A DNA stretch of 57,768 bases, counting the filler, from Streblomastix strix (Eukaryota), in assembly GCA_008636045.1 (NCBI GenBank). It is 3 parts of 3 records of this genome, joined end to end, with 100 filler letters (N's around TTAATTAATTAA, not from the genome) between each part and the next. Parts side by side here need not be neighbours in the genome. Positions count along the whole stretch, not along the records: positions 19,292 to 38,480 come from SNRW01000536.1; positions 38,581 to 57,768 come from SNRW01000537.1; 1 more part is not named here. One strand, given 5' to 3'. Positions within the stretch are counted from its first letter, which is position 1. Every line of letters starts with the position of its first letter. Below are positions 26,946-39,961 of this stretch, in pieces. The translations under genes and the position numbers were made by a program. The notes under the pieces are model-generated. The model ran no database searches. It was not told where the DNA came from and saw only the letters and a list, made by a program, of their open reading frames with translations.

Positions 26946-27965
26946 TCATTTATTTTTGAGAATCTCAAATTTTCCAAGCCATTTGTTTAATATGATGAAT
27001 TCATATTTCTTTAATGTGTTGCATAGAAATTGAAACTCATCAATATCAAAATTTTATATAGTATTTTCATCGTCTACTTATCTTAGATCAGATTCTCCAA
27101 GAATAACGCCTAAACAAATTGCATGGGTTAATATCCTTGCTGTCTTGAACAAATAAGTTGGTCGTTAAGTTATAAAGAAAATAGTATTTTTTGAATGACG
27201 AGAATCACTAGTCAGATGCGTTATTGTTTTAGATAGTTATGAACTAATTCGTTATATACCTGCATTAGATCCAATATCATCGAAGAACATTAATGTGTTG
27301 AGTAATTATGCTTTTTCTAATATAGGCATTTTCATTATTTTTATGTCAGCATTTAGTTAGTCCTCTGTGATTTTGTATTTCTTTTAGTTACTAACATTTT
27401 GAATTAGTGCACGGTTGTCGAATCTCAATATCTTGGTTGGTTAACTATATGTATTAATGGATTCGATTGCTTTTTATTTGATTAGTTCAGCAATTCTATT
27501 AAGATAATCATTAGGTTTTTCATTCTTTTTAATCTCTTTTGCTTATAAGATTTGTTCTTCCATTCGCTTAATGAAATCGCTAGTATAAGATTATTTTTAC
27601 TCATTCATTTTATACCAAGTATACATCTCCTTAGTTGAGTATTTTATTTCATCAAATTCAGGTAGAAAAATCATTGCTTCTCCATAAGTCACATTCGATA
27701 ATTATATGTTCATACTATTTAGGTTTAATGCTATAGTTTCATCCGCACCATAAATCGAGAAGTACGATATGAATGGATCAATGATTTTCTTATATATTAC
27801 TACTAGCTTACACATTAATGTTGTTTTACCACTTCCAACTGTTCCAACAATAAAACGGTTTCCTTTAATAAGGAACAATGAATTCTTCGATAATGGCTTA
27901 GTTTTATATTCATTTAATAGATCTTAGTTCATAAATGTTATATCTTATAATTCTTGTAATGACAT
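26946..27965 (-). CDS. A32-like (FtsK-HerA superfamily) DNA packaging ATPase
   Basis: Walker A FIVGTVGSGKTT, Walker B LMFFDD, then SRH..IFFITQRP (motif-C Gln encoded by TAA). The ATG-to-TGA span is 340 codons; the middle was not checked codon by codon. Confidence 0.85.
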
Positions 27966-28012
27966 TTTAAAAATAATATAATCGAAGTTTTTAGACTTTG
28001 AAAAAGTATAAA

Positions 28013-28642
28013 ATGAACATACTTAATTTGATCATTAATTTAATGAATTACAATGTTCTATGGAGTTAATTTTATTACATCATTCATATCATTATCAATT
28101 CCCGATAAATTAATAGATAAAGTTAATGTAGTAAAAAGCGTTATAGAGTTATTTCAATATAGTATTGGTTCCATTAAATGTAACGATTTACAATATATAA
28201 TTCTTTTACAAAAGAAAAATGGATAAAAATTAGCCTCACATACACTGGTCATAGCTATATATAGAATAAATTAAAACATTTCTGAATGAAGCAATATCAA
28301 ATAAAGATTATGAATTAGCAACACATTGGAGATATATCCTTTATATTAAAATGTTAAATTAACCAAATAAATAAATTGTTTGAATTAACTAAAATGAAAT
28401 AATTTTATTAGTTGGCTACAAACGTTGGTTTAAAGTATTATGCAAAAGATTTTGAGATTTTCAAAATATTTGAAACTTTAATCGAGATTGGTGATCTATC
28501 AATTGAGGAAAAATAATTGTATTAATAATTCAAATAACATTATACTTTCATTGAACCAATCCAAGATAAAATTGAAGAGATAATCAAATACATATAGTAT
28601 ATCAACAATCTTATTATTTTAAATTAAGCTGATAATAATTGA
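28013..28642 (+). CDS. Two small hypothetical viral ORFs (28013-28285, 28287-28642)
   Basis: ATG-to-TGA frames in table 6, tightly packed. No homology recognised. Confidence 0.35.
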
Positions 28643-29135
28643 CAAAGTTACTGTATTATTCATCATTCACAAATTAATTATAAATCTATTTTTCTTCTTC
28701 ACTTGCATCAGAGTTAATATACTTCTTTATTTGTTATGGTTAATTGTTTAGATCTAATGATTTTTTGATTAATAGATATTTATTTTTGAAGTACTTATCA
28801 TATACATTAAATAACTTATTTTTATAATTATCCTCATCAACCATTTTCTTTATATTTTATAATTATTGCTATTGATTAGTGAACATTTTATTTATTCTCA
28901 TTAATTCTTAGAGTAATCGGTGGATTGATTCTTTTACATCATTTTTTAGTAAATTTTATAAAGCTTCAATTGTAACTTTAATTCTATCATTGTTTTAAAA
29001 GTGTGATTTCACTAATACATTAAACAATTATTTGATCGGTTAAGTTATAGCTTTTTCCATTTATTTCAAAAATAAATTATCCAAGCATAGCTTCATGTGA
29101 AGCCTTCAAGCTACGGTTTGGAGGATCGAAGATCC

Positions 29136-31376
29136 TCATTGTTCTTAGTAGTATGGATCAAATTGTAATGCATGGGCTCTCCAGAATATATTGGTCCATT
29201 GCTATAGAAACCACCCTCTGTTCCGAGACTATTTGCTCCTCATAAGATTGGATTGCCTGCAGAATAATTAACTGACCCATGTGTGGAGCAGTTATTTGCA
29301 CCTGTTCATGCTATTACATTACTATTGAAAGTTAATGTGTTTCCATCAGCGGATATTTATAATCCTCTATCTCACTAACCTTCTTATCCTGCTTTTATTA
29401 TTATAAAGCCATGTTGATTTTGATCATTATTTCCTATTGTTCCTACCAGCCATTAATTATCAATCTTTCCAGAATTTGAATTTGGATCACTGCCAAATTA
29501 TACATTACTTCATTAGTTGGTTGAGTGCCTACTTATTGGTATCCCTTCGTTAAATGTACCATTAGCTGATGGAATTACCTATACTAATTTATGGAATGTT
29601 TTTATACCTGCTAATGATTAATTCGTTGTTAAATTAGCGAATTAGTTACCGTTAAATGTTAATGTGTTTCCATCAGCAGATATTTATAAACCACTAATAT
29701 TATCACCAGCTTAAGATGTCACTGCTACTATAAAACCCTAAGGGTTAATTTCTGCAGTATTTGGTGGAGTAAATATTGTCCATTACCCTTCAATAAGTCC
29801 GGTGTTATATGTTCTACAACATCCTAACTAAATCGATGAATTTCTTGAATTTTCACCAGATCTTGCTATTTTCAAACCTTCATCATAACTAGTCGCAATG
29901 GGATTTATTTACATACTACCATATGTATTTGGAAATAATTAATATATGTCACTATATCCTGTAGGTAATGCTGATTGTGCATCAGTGGTTAATATATCAG
30001 TAATTAATCCCTAAAAAACGCTTATATCAGCTTAACATATAGCTTTATTATAAGAACTGCTATCTATTAAGATACCATAATTCACCATATCTATTTATAC
30101 CAGTTCCAAAATATATTATCCATGCACTATTCATACCAGATGATAACGATCGGATAAACTAATAATAATATTTATCTATTCCTATATCTTATGCCAAATG
30201 TTAATTAAATTATATTTTTCCAAATCCTGTTCTATGATTTATTTTGAATTCTATTAAATTATCAAAACTAGCATTTAAAGCAATAAACGTACATAATTTG
30301 ATATATAGAGGTTATTCTATAACTTGATATAGATTACTTGCTAAAACAACTTTTTTTTATTGTTCCATCCGCTAGTAATAAATCATTATCTATTCCACCT
30401 GTTTTAATAAATTTAGTCGCAGTTACATTTCTATCATAAATTAATTGTTGTGGTTGAATATGGTCCTGTCTAGCATAAAAAGCAGACGTTCCATTAGAAC
30501 CAACACCATTAACGATAGGAATATTTGAAGTATTAGTTTCTACATTAATTGGATGAGAATGATCGTTTCTAGGATAATAATTATTTGTACCAACTGATCC
30601 ACTAGCACTATCTTGTGGTGGAATTGATTTTTTTTATTGAGAGGATGTGAATGATCGTTTCTAGCATAATAATTAGTTGTGCCAACAGATCCACTTGCGG
30701 AATCACTTGGCGGAATAATTAAAATTATATTTAATGGGTGAACATGATCTCCACGTGAATATTCTGTGCTAATTCCAGCAGTTGCTGTACCATCAAATAT
30801 TGGAGTTGCATCACTTGCTGGAGTTACTTGATCGGGTACAATATCTCCACTGTTATACCAAGCTGCATCAAACATCCATACTGTCCCACTTTCAGCACTA
30901 AAAGCAATGTCTCCCCCTGCAGAAATGGATAAAATTTATACGTCAATATTCAATAAATAATATCCTCTGAAAAGTATTTGTTGCGATAATTCCTAATTAA
31001 TAATAACAATATCAATTTTTATATCAGTGATGTCCTATTCAGTTGTTCCAATTGATTGTTACAATAAATTCACTTAATTAGTCAACTGATTAATCTAAGC
31101 AACTAAATCAAAATTAATCACCTTCAAATTTTTTATCGTTAGCAATCTATTAAGTTCAATTTTTAATGCATAATCTGATGCTAATCCATCAACAATTTAA
31201 TTATTAGCTGCATAAACTAATGCATTGATATTATCTATAAATAATTAATACTTTTCATTTGATATCATTCCTCCACTAGAGTTACCTCGTTTCTAATATT
31301 GAATATAGTAAGCAATATCGTTAGTGATAAGTTATCTAACTATACGAATTTATTGTTGAGATAATGAAGAATTCAT
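29136..31376 (-). pseudogene. Long fibre/receptor-binding-like protein of the viral element, frameshifted
   Basis: Gly/Thr/Asn-rich. Shaft-type repeats GTATAGISTEYSRGDHVHP and (DSASGSVGT.NYY.RNDHSHP)x2, FIKTGGIDNDLLLADGT, and ISADGNTLTFN x2. Confidence 0.7.
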
Positions 31377-31404
31377 ATATATTCAAAAATAAATTATTTC
31401 AAGA

Positions 31405-31644
31405 TCACCGTTTATTAACTAATCTATCAACAGCACCTGCGAGATTAGCTCCTGCACCTAATGCGCCTGCAATTCCTGGGTGAATCATTCCAACAGGACC
31501 TTATATTGTTGACAAAACTTTATATACTGCTGACGCAACCCATTACGCAGCTTTCTTAACGCCACCTAATATTTTTGAACCAAAATTTGCAATTCCGGAG
31601 AAGAATCTAATTTGATTTATTATAAAAACTTTTAACATAAACAT
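31405..31644 (-). CDS. Small amphipathic Gly/Ala-rich protein, candidate membrane-penetration peptide
   Basis: ..FFSGIANFGSKILGGVKKAAQWVASAVYKVLSTIQGPVGMIHPGIAGALGAGANLAGAVDRLVNKR-TGA. Divergent from the putative capsid gene. Confidence 0.6.
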
Positions 31645-31718
31645 CTCTTCAGTTCATTAATTTTTGTTTCAATGAAATATCACTCAAATCTAGTGATTAT
31701 CTTGGACGAATAACAAAA

Positions 31719-33660
31719 ATGCAACATTCTTATTACGTTAATGGATATATGTAACTTGGGGAAGTTATAAAAATATTATCTATTCATCCTCAATCATTTG
31801 AAATATCAAAGCAAAATTTTTTCGATTCTCCTGTAATTGAACTTACATCTGGTGGAGTTAAATATACTAGAGCATCATTAGGAGCAAGAGGCAAATCTGC
31901 ATGTTCAATGGTTCAAACTTGTTAGGTGAATTGGACATTTACTATACCAGCAAATACATTTGCGATATAACTAAATAAAATATTTGATGATTGGGATACT
32001 GTGGGTAAATTAAATGCGCGAACTAATTTCAATGGTAAAGAAGATCCATTAGCCGATTGGACTACAGATATGTCATAAGCGTATTAAGGATATTATGGTA
32101 AAACAGCATGCGGAATTGAAGACTCGGAACATTTATAATTTTGGATTTGATTCTCAACAGCTTGTGGGCCATTCTACTAATTTTAACTACAGAAAGATGC
32201 AACAGCATTATGGGGATCTGCAATCTATGCAAAAGAATAAGCTGTAATTAGTGGTGATTCTCATAATGATTTGTGTACTAAAAATAGCGTTAGCGTATCA
32301 CCACTAGAAAGTATAATTGAGGGAAAACGTCATTGTGGAGTATTTATTGATATCCCACTTTGTGAAATTGAAAGATAAGCAATAGCTGCTACCGTTGGAA
32401 CACCATTCTATTACAGAATTCTTTTTGATATTACATTTAGTGGAGTACTTGATCTTAACTAACTAAATCCTGTACTTAATTCCTTCCCTGTTCTTACACG
32501 TAATCGTGCAACATTATATCTATAATTATGAATATAAGATTTCCTATAAGATTTGAAGGTTGTTTGGCTTAACAAAAATGATACTATAATGAATAATCAT
32601 TTAACTTATTATATGATTCCTCCTGAGAAACCTGATATTGTTTATCTTTTAGTAGGAAATGATTCAACTGGACTTGAATATCTGAGATATAATGTAAGAA
32701 TTGTAAATATGTAAAATGCGGCTTTTGGTGATAAGATACCACAAAATTCAATTAGTTAAATTGGGACAGTTAAATTCGATGTATTGGAGACATAGAACGT
32801 ATGCTTCAATATTGTAAATGAAGAAGCTAAAATTAGTCTGATTCAATAACAAAAAATAATTAACTTTCCTACATAAGTATTTAGAACATAATTATCGAAC
32901 TTTCCATTTAGTGGATTTGACAAAGAAAATGGATCTATGTAAAGCATTATGCCATTCTCTAACATAAAGTCATTATTTATGACATTTGCTATGCCCCAAT
33001 ATCCTACATGGTTTTTCCCTGTATTATTCACAGGACTTAATCTAATTATTGATTAGAATAATATTATCCCATCACCATATAAATCATTAAACTAAGCAAT
33101 TAATGGATAAATATTTAACTTCTTCGTTGATTAAGATGTAGTTAGTGCTCCATCAGATCTATATCATTCTCTTACATTCGAGAACTTGAATATTGATGAT
33201 AAGAAAAATTACTATGGATTGATAGATAAAAACAATTATTATAAAACAGCTAATATATTCTATTTAACAACATTGTGTAGTGGAAGCAAAGCTATTAAAC
33301 ACTTTATCCTAATAAATATATGCTTGCATGGAAATTGATAACTGATGATTCATTTATGCGAGAATTTAACTCTTTTAATCTAGGTGCTAGAACTAATGTA
33401 TAAGTTATTTAGTAGGGAAATTTGACTAAATGAATTATTTATACATCTAATGTAAGTCCATCATAAAACTAAAATGATTTCAAACAATTCATTGGAACTA
33501 GAGCATATCCTGATCCTACCAAAGCATCTATTACACCTATGATGAATTACTTGTGTGATGTGTTTGTTAGAATCATATTTGATGATAGTATAATGCCCTA
33601 AGTACTAGATATCGATTTTATTGGTGGGCATGCTGGTGAGACTACTAAACCATAATCATA
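31719..33660 (+). pseudogene. Putative major capsid protein (double jelly-roll), ~640 codons with a few TGAs and a frameshift
   Basis: Largest non-polymerase, non-fibre gene of the element. Beta-strand-rich (FDITFSGVLDLNQLNPVLNSFPVL; SNIKSLFMTFAMPQYP; YMLAWKL). Assignment rests on size and context only. Confidence 0.55.
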
Positions 33661-33855
33661 GCAAAAATAAATTTATTTTTCATCGAGCATTTATGTCCAC
33701 TGACTAGTTTAGTGGCATATCTTTGATTCGCAAGCATATCTGATTGCTGCTTCCCAAATAGCTTTAAAGATTGCGTGCCAGTTTAAGTTCAATTATTCAA
33801 GAGAATAGATTATTGTCTCATTAAAACCTTCCATTTGTTTATTTTTAAATTATAA

Positions 33856-34573
33856 TCAGTTTGCACCAAAATTAATAAAATATGTGCCATTAATTTTCAC
33901 ATTTAATGGTAAAGGTAAAGTAATAAGAGAATTAGAATTAATGATAATTTACCCCTGCTGATTGATTATACAATCGAGATATTAATTTATATTTTCTGAT
34001 GAAGCTGTTAAATGCTATATAGTTATTAGTCCAGAAAATTTTGGTTTAAAATCAGCATCAACGTACCCCACTATGACTGGGATGCTAGTCGAACCTCCTT
34101 ATGAAGTCTAATGAAGATATGCACTAATATAAACGATGCCGCGGCTATGCAAAACTAAGGACCTTTAGCTTAATCCAACAATATAATCCTCCGCATGAAA
34201 CACTCTTGATTTCGCTGTTATTGGTACTAATTTTTCCTTTTCAATTGTATCACCGTTTGCGAATAGAATTAACTTATTTGTTCCACCTTATTTAATAATT
34301 TTACCAACTTTGATAGGTTATTGAAATATTTTAACCCCAAGAATAATCTAGTCTGTATGTTGATTAACAAAATCGATTGAATTCCTAAAGAGTTAACTCA
34401 AATAATTAAAGTACTTTATTATCTCATTATCAATAACTTATAATAATGTGTTACGTTGTTTAATTTATTTTTTATTACTCTTCTTATTATTATATTATTT
34501 TAATTACCTATTCTTACTAATTAATCTATTCGTCCTCATCAATCGTATCTAAATCACTTAAGTTTTGATCCAT
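33856..34573 (-). pseudogene. Second, short fibre/receptor-binding protein, frameshift near 34450
   Basis: Shaft motif DQIILGVKIF..KIIKQGGTNKLILFANGDT parallels the long fibre. Beta-rich head IVYISAYL..VGYVDADFKP..INGTYFI. Confidence 0.55.
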
Positions 34574-34599
34574 TTTTATTATAGAATAATAGGTAATTC

Positions 34600-37045
34600 A
34601 TTTATCAAAGATTAAACCTCAGGTTTCATTAACATAATAATCTATACTATTATATGGACATTTAACTCCATATTAATTATATTAATTATATTTTGTTTGA
34701 GCTTACATTTATTCAACTGCTTCTTTTAACTCACGACACTTTATTCCTATATCCATATTATCACGTAAGACCTTCATCTGTTAGTTATACTATTTAATTG
34801 TATCATCAATATGTTCATTATTTCACTTCTCAATCATTATATAAACTTGTTATTGATAACTTGGGTTTTTACCATATCGTTTTAATAGCTTATAGTAAGG
34901 TTTATTATTTTTATTTAATGTTCATTAATAGAAATCATCACCATATTAATATATAAGTTCTACCTAATTTTCCTTTGTTAAATTTTAAGGATGAACAAGC
35001 AATTTACCTTTAACTATTTCTGATTGTGAAAACATTTTTGTTGTCGATAAAAATAATTAAATGCAAAAAAATGGTCAGCTAAATTATTTCAAAATTCTTC
35101 TTTTGATATCTCTGATGTAGTTGCATCAGATAAACGAACAAAATCCTTGTTAACACGGTATAGTTTCTCAATAGAATTAAAGACAACATTATCAATAACT
35201 GATATACTGACATTTTTAATTAGTACATCCATTACTCTAATTAGATCTTTCTTTTTATATGATTTGCCTATGCATGAATGGGATCTTATTAATGGTTCCT
35301 CTAATACAATTTCAATATCATCTTCATTCTCTTAAGCAATTAATGACCAAAGCTTAATAAAATTTTCAGAGGAAAGTATAAAATCATCACCTCTTTTCCT
35401 TGTTGTTACTGTTGCCCAAATTCGATTAATAAAGAATTTCATTACATCAAGATTTGGATGAGAAAGATAAGTATTTTTAACTACTTCCTCAGTGTCAACT
35501 TATGCAGTTGTTCTATCAATTTGTTTATATTTATCTTTATTATATTTGCTCTTATATTTAGTAATTTTTTATTCTTTAAGGATTAATTATTCAGGTGTTA
35601 CTGGAATAGTTTCATTCTTAGCAGAGCTCTGATCTATGATCTCAGTTTAAATCACATTTTCTTTTGGATTAACCGTTTCGTCAATGGCAGGCATTGACTT
35701 AATTCAACTAATTGCATCATCGATCAATTGCAATCTTATTTTGTCTTTATCCATCAGTTCTTTGTGCTTAATCTCAGACATTTATTTTTTGGTTTTTGAT
35801 ATTCGAATTGAGTTTCTTTCTATGCCCTTTATCATTTTCTTTATTTAAAAATATTCAAATGGACTTACAATATGCCTTAAAGAATTTGATAGAGAATGGA
35901 ACAAATATTGAATACTTTGACAATGGATATGTAATCCAAATTAATAAAGATATTAAAGTATTTGAAGAGGGAAAGAAGACACTAAAAAATTAACATAAAC
36001 TAAACAGAATAAGCTATTGCTATGAGCCAGAGGAGGAGGAATTGACCCAAAGAAAAAAGTATAAAAGTAACCTAAAAAAAATTAATAATCAAAAAGAAGA
36101 TTAAATATCTTATTAACAATAGGAAAATTAAAATGAAAGTGATGAAACATCAATAAACGAAGTTAGAGAAAAACCGTTATAGAAATTAGTTAGAAAAAGA
36201 ATCGTAAAAACATCAAAAACTCCATAAATTAATTATACTAATCATCAACTTGACTTGGATGAACTAATCAGGCTGAGAACTGAAAATTCATTTATTTAAC
36301 AATAACATTAAGATACTATTAATCAATTTGAGAAATATAATTAAAAAGTTAAGCGATATAAGTAACCCAAATAGATTATTGAAAAAGAACAAGTAATTGA
36401 ATAAGTTTAAGCTCCAAATGAATGTTAAGAAGAATCTGCATAGTATGAAGTAAAGGATAAAGATATTAATTTTGATTTATATTGATCAATTATTTTTTAC
36501 TCCCAGTTTAAAATTGATTATAAAATAGTACATACAAATGATTAAGATGACATAGTATTGATAAGTAATATTCCATATGATAATTATGAAATGCTTTAGA
36601 TAGATAGTTGTTAATTATTCTTAATAGATTATCAAATCACAGATTACAAAGCTAATATTAAAATAGTTAGTGACAAAAACCAATATATTAAATAAATGAA
36701 ATAACTTAGTAATGATTAATATAAGATACATAATATTAGAGTAGCAAGAGAAGCTGAAGAATCCGGATATCTATAATATGAAGATGATAATGATCTTTGA
36801 TTATTATTTTTGTTCACCTATTAAAATGGATTAAACACAATATGATTATCTTAAATAGTATGAAGTATAATTATAAAACGAATATAAATAAAAGACTAAA
36901 GAAATTATAGATTTTGAAATAAAACTAAAGAAAAAAAAGTACAACATCTATATGCTTCGCTTGAACGTGCACGAGACTCAATACGTATAGCTGAGGCTTA
37001 TCTTAATAAAAAATGTTTTTGTAGCAAATCACGTATAGTGAACAT
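34600..37045. other. Cluster of small, partly disrupted hypothetical viral ORFs (- ~34600-35035, - 35089-35781, + 35859-36485, + ~36537-36800, + 36826-37041)
   Basis: Closely packed ATG..TGA frames in table 6, Q/E/K-rich and intronless. No homology recognised. Confidence 0.4.
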
Positions 37046-37046
37046 T

Positions 37047-38480
37047 ACCATTTATTGTGAGACTATCAATCAAGCAATGGGCCTCAGTCAACAAAGACCC
37101 AAATTGTTCACGAAGTGATTAAAATTAGCAAGTAAATAAATAAATAACTAATACATTCTTAAACGTAAAAATCAAAAATTGTTTCAAAAACATTTTTAAC
37201 CGGTACTTACGTTTTAGATGACTGAGATGATGAGTAGAACTCTATCCAGAAGTGAGAATAAGATCAACTGAATCATGTAGTAAATAAAAACAAGTAAGAA
37301 AAATTCCCAACATAATAGGCAACAAAATTAACTGGGGAAAAAATCAACTTTAAATAAATAATAAATATTAACTGCTTCAAACAAACGATAACAACTTAAA
37401 ATAAAGGAACAACTCTTCAAATTAAATGATATGGTGTACTCATAACAAAAATTAAAATAATTCAAAAATTGAGCTCATTATTTATATGATATGACACTCT
37501 TGATGAATGCACTCTAACTATTTGGGAGGGATTCAAACTAGACTAAGGTTATTCTAATTCTTGGAAGAACTCTATGTTTGGATTTATAGAGGGTAAATGG
37601 TTGAGCTCACTATACCTGATTTGCTACAATTACCACTTACGCGATTATTTAAGCAATCACTTAATTAGTTCGCTCTAGCATTTATTGTGAGATTCGGTTC
37701 ATTCAAATTCTGAAAGTCTCTATCTCAAGTTATCATTAAGATTCTTATCGTAATGGTGTGCAACAGTGTCAGTTCCCTTCCTATGTCGAATTGCGCGATA
37801 AATTTGAGTTTTTGTAGCCCCTTATTCAATAGATTTTGTCATGGAAGACTTTCTAATAGAGGTAACAGCTGAGTTATCAGGGATCCCTGCTTCTGCCATG
37901 ATCTAGTGTACTGCTTTATATGCTTCTTCATAAATTGCTATCATCTTCTTCTCAATCAACCATAAGAATTGTTTGTACTTATCCATCTTTGATCCGCGTT
38001 TATACCAACCTCTTATCCATTCTGTGGGGCATACATTCAGATTTTATACTGGCCTAAAGACGATTTCGACATGTGTTTCATGCACTTTGATCATTGATGT
38101 ATTTACTTACCAAGAGCCATCTTTCATGTCCTTAACGATTGATCTATGAACTTCAACTAGCCTTAGAGTTGAGTATCCCATTATTAACGCAATAACAATC
38201 CCCATGTATTGGTTCTTAGATAGATTTTACTTTGCAATAGCTTTCCCATTGACATATCTCAACAGGTCGTTATATTACCAAACTGGTTCTTCTTTGATCT
38301 TTTATCTCATATCTGCTTGCGGTTTCTTCATTATTTACTATAAAGCGAACCCATTGATCTTATCTTTAGGTACTCCTTGAGCTCTGAACAACATTGCAAT
38401 TGCTGTCATACAATTTGCTTAATTCGCATCCGAAGTTTGATCTGTCTAGAGTTGTGAAATGAAGTTTGAGATCATTGTTT
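37047..38480 (-). mobile_element. 3' part of a DIRS retrotransposon (tyrosine recombinase pseudogene ~37700-38480 plus eroded terminus)
   Basis: YR motifs YSTLRLVEVHR..VTSIRKSS..RH, frameshifted before the Tyr. 37049-37130 resembles the terminus at 44372-44452 (TTTATTG..GAGACT..AATGGG..CAGTCAAC..ACCCAAATTG..CGAAGTGA). Confidence 0.8.
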
Positions 38481-38580
38481 NNNNNNNNNNNNNNNNNNNN
38501 NNNNNNNNNNNNNNNNNNNNNNNNTTAATTAATTAANNNNNNNNNNNNNNNNNNNNNNNNNNNNNNNNNNNNNNNNNNNN
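38481..38580. other. Artificial contig linker (N44-TTAATTAATTAA-N44)
   Basis: Same 100-nt spacer as at 19192. Confidence 0.97.
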
Positions 38581-39205
38581 GCACTGATGAAGATTCTCTT
38601 ATATATATTATATTGCATGTAACAGTCACTCTCACATAAATGAAAGAAAATGGGCAAATTAAATAATAAGATGAATTTCTTGAGGTTATGAAGGAAAATG
38701 GAGGACTGTATCAACTTATATAAATCGCTTAAAATGATTAAATCTAACGCAAAGGAATAAAACAATATGCAGCCATTACTATTGCTTCACTTCACAAGGC
38801 AATGAAATTACCAGATGAATTCAGAGTAACAATAGTTGATTCATTGAAGCAGATGTCGAATGATAAAAATAAAGTTTTTATTTTTTTATCTGCATTGGCA
38901 CTTTCAAGAATAGCTGAATGTGAAGGTATGATAAATAGCTTGAAACAAAATAAAATATAAAATTAAATTATTTTCATTCAATTTTACTATATTATATGTA
39001 CAGATAATCATACCGATATAATTTCAGGAGATTTTGAGACTGCACTTAAGAATTACATATAGATAATAGACATTGGAGTAAACGATTATGGAATAATGTT
39101 AGCTTTGAATCTTCTCCAGTTTGGCTCAAAGGAAACTTAGAATAAAGTTGGAAATGGAGTTCCTTGGTAAGATCTGTATGATATAATATTGGATGTAACA
39201 GATGA
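38581..39205 (+). CDS. 5'-partial ARM/helical-repeat family host gene (intron ~38926-39003), possibly a pseudogene
   Basis: AAITIASLHKAMKLPDEFR..LALSRIAECE|DNHTDII. The same motif and intron position occur in the gene at 50001-50851. Confidence 0.55.
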
Positions 39206-39961
39206 AGGCATTTTGCAATCTGCAATATTGCTTGATCAATGGAAATTAGCAATTTCATGACAGAATACACTATTTTAAATTTAATATATCTGTATCTTAT
39301 TTTGTGTCTTGTTGTTTCAATTGTAAACAATAGGGCATATTTTATTTTTAGTTGTCTTGTAATAAATAGTTTGAGTGTCTGTATTTATTAAAAATTTGAA
39401 TAGAAATTATTTTACCAAATCGAAGCGAAATTCAACTTGAGATAATAATGGATGCTCTTTTTTAATAAATAATGTTATTAAATTTTTTGGGGATCTAAAT
39501 AAAGATGAATGTTAACACTTTGTTTTCATTAATTCAGCAGATAAAGTAAGAAGATTATGAAGAGAAGAAATAATAAGAGAATGAGAAAAAGAATGAGAAA
39601 AAGAATGTGAAAGAAGAAAATTATATAGATAATAAGAAGAGGAAAAAATCCAATATGATGATTGAGAAAAATTGATAATTTAAAAGAATGAGAAGAAGTA
39701 AGAAGAAGTGAAGTAACAAAAGAAAAATTAAGATGAGATAGGTGAAATCTAAATCAAAGATTATATTAAGAATGATTTAAATAAAATAAAAAGTATAAGA
39801 TATTTATTACATCAAAAATAGATGTTTTTTAAATTGTTATTAATAACCCTTCGTAAACTCCGGTTTATCTACATCCTCCTGCAGAGCTTATGAGCTCTTA
39901 GCTTGTTTATTGGACTGCTGGGACGCCAATATGGGCCCAGCCCGAAAAGATCATTTCCTTA

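Larger units (their letters stand above)
24550..37045. mobile_element. Decayed endogenous Polinton/Polinton-like virus, truncated at both ends
   Basis: Dense intronless genes on both strands: pPolB, A32 ATPase, putative MCP, two fibres and small ORFs. Scattered TGA stops and frameshifts. No TIR, integrase or protease seen. Confidence 0.85.

Noticed and set aside
39530..39800. Purine-rich tract resembling coding sequence
   Set aside because: Low complexity with several TGAs and no recognisable product.
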